Of a stretch of DNA of 64,000 nt, positions 36,945-46,308 are shown one piece after another (the first letter of the stretch is position 1; every line of letters starts with the position of its first letter). The position numbers and the translations under genes are program-made. This stretch comes from Azolla caroliniana (lineage: Eukaryota > Plantae > Polypodiophyta): positions 14,136,001 through 14,200,000 of the forward strand of contig JBHGNT010000012.1 in the NCBI GenBank assembly GCA_043228905.1, read 5' to 3'. The notes under the pieces were generated by a model, which saw nothing but the letters and a program-made list of their open reading frames with translations, did no database searches and was not told the origin of the DNA.

Positions 36945-37497
36945 GCATCGAGCAGTCGTTCCATGCCTTCTGGCTATGGCCGGTGGAGCTCTATTGAACT
37001 TGCTCCTCGCGACCCTATCCTTGGCGTCCCTTCTACCTTCCTTGCCAACACTAATCCTACAAAAATCAACGTTGGCGTGGGTGCTTATCGCAGTGATGAG
37101 GGGAAACCTGTTGTGCTTGAATGTGTTAGAGAAGCAGAACATCGTATTGGTGGCCGGGAGTCAAATCATCACAACATCTTCAAGGATGCTAGTGTCAAGT
37201 AGCATACATATAGATATTACAAGCCCAGCACAAGAGGCTTGGATTTTGATGGATTGAAGGAGGATTTGAAGAAATCTCCACGAGGTTCCATCATTCTATT
37301 GCATGCTTGTGCCCATAATCCAACTGGGGTGGATCCTACTCTTGAGCGATGGAAAGAACTTTCACAAATTCTCAAGGGTAAAGGGAATTTTCCATTGTTT
37401 GACATGGCGTATCAAGGATTTGCGAATGGTGACACTCAAAAGGATAATCAAGCCATCAAGATCTTTTTAGAAGGTGGTCATCAACTGGCTTGTGCAC
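36945..37497 (+). pseudogene. Captured aspartate aminotransferase fragments (mitochondrial type, intronless, internally deleted)
   Basis: APRDPILGV, KINVGVGAYRSDEGKPVVLECVREAE, LLHACAHNPTGVDPT and FDMAYQGFA. It ends before the PLP-binding lysine. Confidence 0.93.
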
Positions 37498-37519
37498 GTT
37501 TAGGGTTCAATCATGGGAC

Positions 37520-37708
37520 TATTTAGAACATCTTCGAGACTCCTTGTCCGCCCTCCCTCCATGCCCATCAAGATTTTGATCATCGATTCCATTGTTGCAC
37601 TCTTCCGATCTAATTTAGATAACAATGCAAGAGATCTAGCAAGAAGAATGGAGTGGTTCTTTAAGCTTTCCAGCAAATTGAAACAGTATGCACATCAGTA
37701 TGACATAG
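37520..37708 (+). pseudogene. Captured RAD51-paralogue (XRCC3-like) fragment
   Basis: Walker B region IKILIIDSIVALFRS, followed by DLARR..FFKLSSKLK..AH.Y.IA. Confidence 0.8.
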
Positions 37709-37721
37709 CAGGTGGTGGATC

Positions 37722-37890
37722 ATGTTGAGCAAGGAAGAGATTGAGAAGATGGTGCAAGATGTAGACAAATACAAATCTGAACATGAAGAACACAACAAGA
37801 AAGGGGAGTCTAAAATCTCTTTGGAGAACTATGGTTACAACATGAGAAATACAATTAACGATGATAAGATTGTTGATAAATTGGATGTCG
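37722..37890 (+). pseudogene. Captured cytosolic HSP70 C-terminal lid fragment
   Basis: [22 protein letters not shown]...K.SLENY.YNMRNTI.DDKI..KL. Confidence 0.93.
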
Positions 37891-38787
37891 CCGCAATTGC
37901 CACTGCCACCATCCGCTAGAATCGAAAGGCTGGAATATGAATTTCAAAAATCGAACAAAGAGAAAAGAGAAAGGGGTAGAAAGAAAATTTTCAGAAACTC
38001 GAGGGCACACAAACAAATTTCGGAAATAGAAGGGCAGGACATGAAATTTCTAAAACCGGAGGGTACTTAATATAATTTTAGAAAAAAAAAACCCTGAGGG
38101 GTAGGACATAAAAGTTCGGAAACACAACTCATCACTACACAAGAAAACATATCTATGTCTATATATACACACCCACATACACCCACAATTATTAATAAAC
38201 CTAAATAATGGTACCACAGTTGATAAAACGATTGGTGCGCGATCCAATCGTGCAATTATGCTGACCGAACGAGAAGGTTTGTGTCAAGCTAGCTCCAATC
38301 GGAGTTATCGATCGTCGAGGAATTTCCGACGTGTGAGAGAAGACATATGTAGTTCCAATCAACAAGAGTTTTTCCGGCATGGGCTTGTGGGTCCGACGTG
38401 TAATGCACTGTCCCACAGGCATGCCAGGTGTTATCCGTATAGGTGTATGGGATGAATAGGGAGGGTATAATGTGTATGGTGTGGTGTGTAATATGTAATA
38501 TGTAATATGTATACGAATGTGTGAGGATGAGTATGTGTGAGCACATGCACACATTATGTGCATGTGACAAGAGTGTAACGGTTGTCTTTTTGTAACGGTC
38601 ATTATTTACCATTACATTATGTATTATATAAACCCCTTATGGGGCATGTAATGGAAATACCTTTTTCCCCTCTCACATTTTATGTCATTTTCTATTTGTA
38701 TTTCTCTCTAGCTGCCTCACTATCGAAACCCCTTGGGAGGGGGGTGAAGCCATTCTAGGCTTCACGCACCACCCCAACAACAATTCT

Positions 38788-39757
38788 CGCAAAAAAATTA
38801 TCAAGTCAGGAGGTGACGACACTTCAAAGTTTTTTTTCTATAACACGACGAAGACTTTACGCGAAAAGAGTGGGGAGCCTCGCTTGAAGAGCTACCCCCA
38901 TGTGGAGTGGACACTGATCTACACCGAGGAAGAAGGGGACCTCCTTCTTATTCTTGCAACGTCTGACGGTGAAGGCAAGTTGCAAGTGGGAAAGACATTC
39001 ACCTACGGCTACGTACGGAACATCGAATATGAAGACAACGACTCATCGAACCTCTTCTTCAATGTTGATTGCTCGGTGGGGGTTCTTAGAGTCAAGATCG
39101 ATGAACTTAATTTCATAACTGACTCTTGCCACCCTAAAGCCCTAAAAAAGGATGTTCAGACAAAAAACAACTTGATTGTTGCTTTGCACCCGTACATTAA
39201 GGGAGAGCTGATGGTCGCGCAAGCAACAACCCCACCAAAGTCTGCCATGAAGTCCAAACCGGAACATAACAAGTACAAGAAAAGGCAGCAACCAAAAGAA
39301 GACGAGTCGAAGGTCCTTGAGTTCGTAGAAGATGAGGAAGAAGCCGAGCTCGAAGTTATTCCTACAGGGGGCCACATATCATCAGGGATACTCACCTCAG
39401 AGCAAAACCGGATCAAAGAAAATATTGTAAACACGAAGCTTGTCCATAAAGCACAATTATTTCACTTACCAACTTGCTCTATTCAACGACCACCCATCAA
39501 TCCGGAGACAGGAAGACGGCCTCTAGAAATACGAGAGCCACATGCAGTGCATGTGCAGAACTTAAAAAGCAAAATGAAGATTAATCCACATGTGACTATA
39601 GTGCTATTCTTAGTAATGGTTGACTTCAAGTACAATTCGGCAGATGATTACACATACTATGTGATTGGAGGATCCCACTTTGTTGAAGCCCGACATCAAC
39701 TGGTCAAGGAGTATCCTCTTACCCCTTTCTTCAAGTATGCAGAATGTAAACTATATG
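38788..39757 (+). pseudogene. ParB/Srx-like domain ORF (start exon piece at 31118-31127, tail at about 42957-43065)
   Basis: ORF 38884-39807 contains HVQNLKSKM..P..V.FLVMVD..YYVIGGSHFVEARHQL. It continues as GLTHEDTKLLSWDHN after the intervening insertions. Confidence 0.5.
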
Positions 39758-41115
39758 TGATAGGGTGTATAAGACATAGGATTGTCGTACACAATATCAG
39801 GGCTTGACCAAGCAGATTAGAGAGAGTTGTGAATTAAAATATAATAACGGCCAAGGTAACTACGAATTAGAGAGGGAGACTCAAGAAATTAACACAAAAG
39901 ATAGAGAAGATAAGAAACGGCTAAGAATGTTATAATATTCCATTATCAAGTCCATACAAAGGAGATAAACTCCACATTGAACTAAAAAACCAAATACCGT
40001 CTTACTTCCAATCACTCAAACCCACTACTAAGACCCTTCCTCTTCCACTAAGACACCTCTTCCCAAGACTCCTCCTCTATTTGGACCCCTCCTTCCAAGA
40101 CTATCACTTCCTCTTTTATAATTTTCTTCTTTCTCCTCATTCACGTTATTTTTAGAAGCTTTTTATCTCCTATTTTTAGCTAAGACCCAACGACCTTCTA
40201 ATCGTTATATCTCCCTCATCAGAGCTCTAAATTTGGAGATTTAAAAAGCTACAGATAGCTATCATTGCGGGCTTTCTAACCCATATTTGCATATGATATT
40301 TGGCTTCCAAACGATAGAGTTATGACCATTCGTATTAGACTGTTTTGAGGTGGCCCGCTTTTTCTCTTTTTACTTTTCTCTTTGTCTCTTACTTTTACTT
40401 TTGACTTCTTCTTAAGATATTGGTTCGTGTTCTTTGCCTCGAAATGTGAATGCTCCATACCTTATATTCTTCTAACGTTCAATGACTTGAATTGTAAAAA
40501 CACTTTCACATTTAGCCTCCCCCTTGCTTGTTTAGCAAACCATTTATGGTGTGAGTTGAAGATAAAAGAAGAAAACAAACTCCTTCACCTTATGGTAGGC
40601 TATAGACAAAGGAGTATAAATATTAAAAGTATATCAAATTATTGTGTGAGAGAAAACCCCCGTTACACGATAGGAAAAAATCTCACGCTTCTAAACACAC
40701 ACTCACACACACATTGACAATTGCCATCACCATCTTTCTCCTTGTCAACACAAAGAAAGAGGTTACCACAATTATTATGTCTTTGCCAACTCTCCAAACA
40801 CAAGTAGGGCCATGGGATACATAACTCTTGATAGAAGTAAGCATGTAAGCATATGAATGAATCTTTCGAGCGAGCGAACCTTTTGCACAAATACCTTCAA
40901 AGCTTCGAGACTTGTTGGAATGATGATCTTTTGAATTACGTTGATCTTTGAATCATCCACATCTTCTTGGCACAACACATTTTCCACACTACCTTGTTTT
41001 GTATAAATGACCATTTGATCTACGATCTTATCTCAAAAAGGAGGTGAAATTTGATCTCGTTTGGTCGAATCATTCAAGGGCTGGAAATTGATCTCATTCT
41101 TCTTGGGAACCAAAA
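39756..41115 (-). mobile_element. 3' LTR (about 39756-40510), PPT and 3' non-coding region of another LTR family
   Basis: TGTGA...TTCACA termini. cctcccccttg at about 40516-40526 is a minus-strand PPT. It interrupts the ParB-like ORF. Confidence 0.6.
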
Positions 41116-41119
41116 CCAT

Positions 41120-42935
41120 AGGTGACACACACCAAGGTATAAGTCCCGAATCGTGGTGAAGGGCTTCCAACAAAAGAAAGGAGTGGACTTCGATGAGATC
41201 TTTGCCCCAGTAGTAAAGATGACATCCATCCAGACAGTATAGGGCATAGTGGCAAGCATGGACCTTGAGGTAGAGTAACTGGACGTCAAGACGGCATTCC
41301 TACATGGCGACCTTGAAGAAGAAATCTACATGCATCAACCGAAAGGATTTGAGAAGAAAGGGAAGGAGCACCTGGTGTGCCGGCTGAAGAAGAAGCTATA
41401 CAGACTGAAGCAAGCTCCTTGGCAATGGTATCGGAAGTTCGACTCTTTCATGACCGACCAAGGGTATCACAAAATGCAAGCCAATCACTGCATGTTTGTG
41501 AAGAAATTTGACGCAGGAGATTTCCTAATACTCCTCCTATATGTGGATGATATGTTGATCGTTAGACGAGACTAAGGCAAGATTCGGATGCTGAAGAAGG
41601 CTCTGAACCGGACCTTCTCAATGAAAGACTTGGGTCCAACAAGACAGATATTGGGACTGCACATCATCCGGGACAGGTCGAAGAAGTTGTTGTGGTTGTC
41701 ACAGGAGAAGTACGTGACAAAGGTGCTTCAACGGTTCAACATGTCGGAGGCGAAACCGGTCGGATCGACACTTCCGGCAAACTACAAGTTATCCGGAAAA
41801 CAAAGCCTGAGGACAAAGGCGGAGAAGACGGATATGATGAAAATACCATATGCCTCTGCCATCGAGAGCTTGATGTACGCAATGGTATGTACCCAGCCGG
41901 ATATTGGATATGCAGTTGGAGTGGTGAGCCGGTTCATGAGCAACCCCGAAAGAGAGCACTGGAACGCGGTCAAGTGGATACTCCGGTATTTAAAAGGCAC
42001 CTTGAGTATGTGCCTCTGGTTTGGCTCCGGTAATCCCCAACTTGACAGATTCACGGATTCGGATATGTTGGCTGATGCGGATACCAGTCGGTCGACATCC
42101 GGATATGTCATGAATTATGCAAGGGGAGCTGTTTCGTGGCAATCATGGCTGCAGAAGACGGTTGCGTTGTCAACCACGAAGCCGGAGTACATGGCAGTTG
42201 TGGAAGCCGACAAGGAGATAATCTGGATGAAGGAATTCATCAGAGAGGTAGGGATCCAATAGGAGGAATATCGGCTCTACTGCGACAGTCAAAGTGCCAT
42301 CCACCTTGCAAAGAACGCGGCCTACCATTCCTGGATGAAACATATCTAACAGAGGTACCACAGGATTAGAGAGAGAATAGAAAATCAAGAGTTCGTGTTG
42401 ACGAAGATCCACACGGAGAACGGGCCGGATATGCTGACCAAGGTGTTGACAACCGACAAGCTAGACATGTGCCGAAAGCGGATCGGGCCGACGAGACATC
42501 CCATGCCAGAAGAGAAGACATATTTGTAAATAGGTTTTGAGTAAGCCGATTGAGGCTATATTTGTAACTAGCCGTAAGTTCATATAAGTATAAATATGAA
42601 TTAGGGCAATCACTTTACGTTGTTGTCATATTGTTGTTGAGATAACTGTTGTATAGAGAGAGAGAGAGATACAGAGCGATACTCTGTTGTAACCACTGGC
42701 TGGTGAAGGTACAGAGGTCGAGGTCGTTGCCTCTGAGTGTCTGTTTGTACCTTTTCCTATATAGTGATAGTTTGGAGTCTGTGGGTTCCTGTGGTTTTTC
42801 CCTATTAGGGTTTTCCACGTAAACATCCTATGGATCCTCCATCGTTCTTTGTGTGTGTAAGTGCGCTCACTCCTTACTTCCCATTCCTGTGTTTGATTTC
42901 CGTCCAAGTGATTCAAGACTCAGTTGTGTCCGAGC
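41120..42935 (+). mobile_element. Copia RT-RNase H fragment with a partial 3' LTR (related to families A and B)
   Basis: KGFQQKKGVDFDEIF, YVDD, PYASA, RHPMP. The PPT and LTR start are deleted at about 42510, and the LTR body lies at 42512-42935. Confidence 0.93.
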
Positions 42936-43059
42936 AATATTCCGTGCTATTCTTCTTAGGCCTTACACATGAAGACACCAAGTTGTTATCTTGGGATCAT
43001 AACAATGATAATGACTATAGACAAAATATGTCATGTATCGAGCACATCAAGTTCTTCCA

Positions 43060-45935
43060 TCACGAGTACCTTGATGATATTCTCATTTTTTCGCCAAACA
43101 TAGAGGAGCACACTCGTCAACTCCAATTAGTTCTTGCCAAACTTCGTGAGCACGGCACGGCCTCTATGCCAAAGGCAAGAAATGTGAGTTCGAGCATACC
43201 TCGATCAAATTCCTAGACTACATCATCTCGCCCACTTGCATCACCATGGATATGATGAAGGTCGTTGTCATTCGGGAGTGAGCGCTTCCAAGTCGACTTA
43301 AATATATGCAATCCTTCCTCGGCTTCACGAATTTTTACCGTCACTTCATCAAGGGGTTTTCCACCCAAGCACAACCTCTTATCGCCCTCACCGGCAAAGG
43401 TACTCTTTTGTTATGGACCTTGACGGCGCAAAATGTGTTTGACTCACTCAAAAACACATTCATCATTGCCCCAATGCTGCTACATGCCGACCCCACAAAA
43501 CCCTTCCAAGTCGAAACTGATGCCTTTGACTTCACCATAGACTCCATCTTATCCCAGGCAGATGACACCAACCTAATGCACCCAGTGGCTTACTACTCCC
43601 TGAAACTCATAACATCCGAAATCAATTATCCCATATACGATAAGGAGCTTGTTGTTATCATTGCTGGCTTTGAAGAATGGCGGCCCTACTTGGTTGGCAC
43701 ACAACATCATGTCCATGTAGTGACCGATCATAAAAATTTAGTTTATTTTTCCACCACTTGTACTTTGAATTGAAGGCAAGCCCGTTGGTCGACATTTCTC
43801 GCTGACGACGATTTTGAGATCATATTTCGACCTGGTGGCCAACATGGGAACGCCAATGCCCTTTCTTGTCGAGCCGACCTTTCACTCAGCCCCGGGGATG
43901 CCACTTATGCTCAACAATCTAGATGTTTGCTAAAACCCGACCAATTGCATCTTTTTGCCACTTGTATGTTGTAGGATGATTCATTACTCCATCAAATCAC
44001 TAATGCATCCACGACCAATGTGTTCGCCAACGAGATTCACGATAGTTTGCAAAACCCCTCCTAGGAGACCAAAAGGAAGGACCTTGACCACTTCACCATA
44101 CAAGATGGTTTGCTATTCCGATATCATCTCTTATACATCCCAGAGTGCCCGTGTCCTACCCAGGTGTTCTGGGAATGCCACGATGACCCACTTGTGGGTC
44201 ATTTCGGGGTCGCAAAAACCGTCGAGCTAATCTCTCAAGGGTACTAGTGACCACAACCATGGAAGTTGGTCAAAGAATACTTAAAGAGTTGTGAGGTTTG
44301 CACTCGCTCCAAAGACGCTCATCATCGTCCATACGGCTTACTCCAGCCGATTCCATGCCCCAATCGTCCCTAGGCCTCTAGCTCTATGGACCTGATAACT
44401 TATCTACCCTTGGTCAATAGCTATGACTCAGTGTTGGTCATTGTCGATCGGTTTACAAAGATGGCTCACTTCACTCCATGCTCCAAAACCATTTCCAGCA
44501 AAGGAATGACACATATACTCCTCAACAATGTGGTCCGCTTGCATGGACTCCCCGATGATGTCATCTCCGATCACGGACCCCAGTTTGTCTCTCACTTCTC
44601 ACAGTGCTTGCTACAAACTTTAGGCATCTCTGTCAAGTTGTACTCTGCCTATCACCCCCAAATTGATGGGTAGACGGAGCACGTCAACCAAATCCTTGAG
44701 CAGTATCTTTGGTGCTTGGTTAGTTACCAGCAAGATGATTGGGTCAACTTACTTTCACTCGAGGAATTCACCTACAATAATTCTCTCCATGCATCGACCT
44801 GTGTCACTCCCTTCTTTACATCCTCGCTTCAACATTTCCCTCCCTACCACTTCCGTGAACCCTTCGGCTGAGGGTCGCGCACGCATTTTAGAAGAGCTAC
44901 ATCATGATTTATCCTTGGAGCTTAGTCTTGCTAGTGAACGATACAAGAAGCACGTTGATAGCCATCGATCTGCCACTCCACACTTTGTCGACGGAGACAT
45001 GTTCTAGTTGTTACGACGGCATATCTCTACTACTCGTCCATGTGCAAAACTTGATTACAAGAAGTTGGGACCATTCCCTATCGTCGAGTGCATCAATCTC
45101 ATCGCCTTTCGGCTCACCCTTCTATCCCACTTCCGGATTCATGATGTTTTTCATGTCTCCCTCCTTGAACCCCATTATGCTTCACAACTCCCAGGATGCC
45201 AAGACCCACCACTAGCACGTGTGCAATTGAAGACAGTGGAGGAATACGAGGTCGACCAAATTCTTGACTCGCATTGGCACCGTCGACACTTGCAATACCT
45301 CGTCTTGTGGAAGGGTTACCCCATGTCTGACACCACATGGGGAACCATTGGAAAATTTACAAAATGCCCCGGAGGTGGTCCGGGATTTTCATCATCGATA
45401 TCCCCACAAACCAGTGATCGATTTGGGAAGCTGGCGTAGGAGGGGGGATAATGTGAAGATTCGATACCCCATGTCTGACACCACGTGGGGAACCATTGGA
45501 AAATTTACAAAATGCCCCGGAGGTGGTCCGGGATTTTCATCACCGATATCCCCACAAACCAGTGATCGATTTGGGAAGCTGGCGTAGGAGGGGGGATAAT
45601 GTGAAGATTCGAACTCTTGACATGACCATGTTATAATGAAGTGTTATGTGTTAACCAACATATCTAGTATACTATCATGTATATAATTGCTCTGTGTAGT
45701 TTTTAGCTAGTATAGTGTGCATAGTTTCTCCCTTGTATTATTTACACTTAGCATATGCATGCGTACCTACATCCTCTATTGTATCACATGCGTGAAATAG
45801 GTATGCATGCCACTTAGTATAAATAGTTGAGTTCACCTTGAAGGAATTCAAGGTGAACAACACCAGTTATGGAGTCTTTTAGTTAATACCACTCATCCAT
45901 TTAGTTATCTTCTTTCTAGTCTCTTGAGCTTATGA
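43060..45935 (+). mobile_element. Tcn1-like gypsy RT-RNase H-integrase-chromodomain and partial 3' LTR (from 45600)
   Basis: YLDD, ETDAFD, VDRFTKMAHF, SDHGPQF, GPF and chromodomain EYEVDQILDS..LQYLVLWKGYP. PPT AGGAGGGGGGATAA precedes TGTGAAG. Confidence 0.93.
45317..45612. repeat. 148-bp tandem duplication including the PPT and LTR edge
   Basis: taccccatgtctgaca starts at 45317 and again at 45465. Confidence 0.95.
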
Positions 45936-46308
45936 TCTATCCGTGATAAGTCAAACCTTGTACTAAATAAGCGTCGTTGGTCGAATAATTTGCAAACGAT
46001 TTCCTCCGACCTACTTTAGTCAGAATTGCACTTGTGACTGAGGTGTATTTGACGGCAACAGTCGACATGTTGCATACGGTAGTGACGAAAGTTTCCCACG
46101 AAGGGGAGAGACTGCTCATGAGCAACATTGCTCTCAGTTAATCTTTGATCATCATTCCTTGGTCCGCAATTTTGGAGCTTAAACTTTCATACTCATTCAG
46201 ATGTGTGCATACACCAAGTCTGATTCTTTCATCCGAAGGTTGTAAAGAAGGTTTATGGTGGCGACCTTCTTTTCATAAGTGTCTGAATTTAGTGTCTTCC
46301 AAAGTTGG

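Larger units (their letters stand above)
31772..38782 (+). mobile_element. Non-autonomous LTR retrotransposon carrying captured host gene fragments
   Basis: LTRs 31772-32192 and 38429-38782 (TGTTATCCG...CAACAACA), TSD ATTCT (31767-31771 and 38783-38787). PBS-like TGGCACACCCG at 32197. No gag/pol of its own was recognised. Confidence 0.9.

Noticed and set aside
36945-37890. Functional AspAT, XRCC3 or HSP70 genes
   Set aside because: Short fragments with stops, frameshifts and an internal deletion, enclosed by LTRs.
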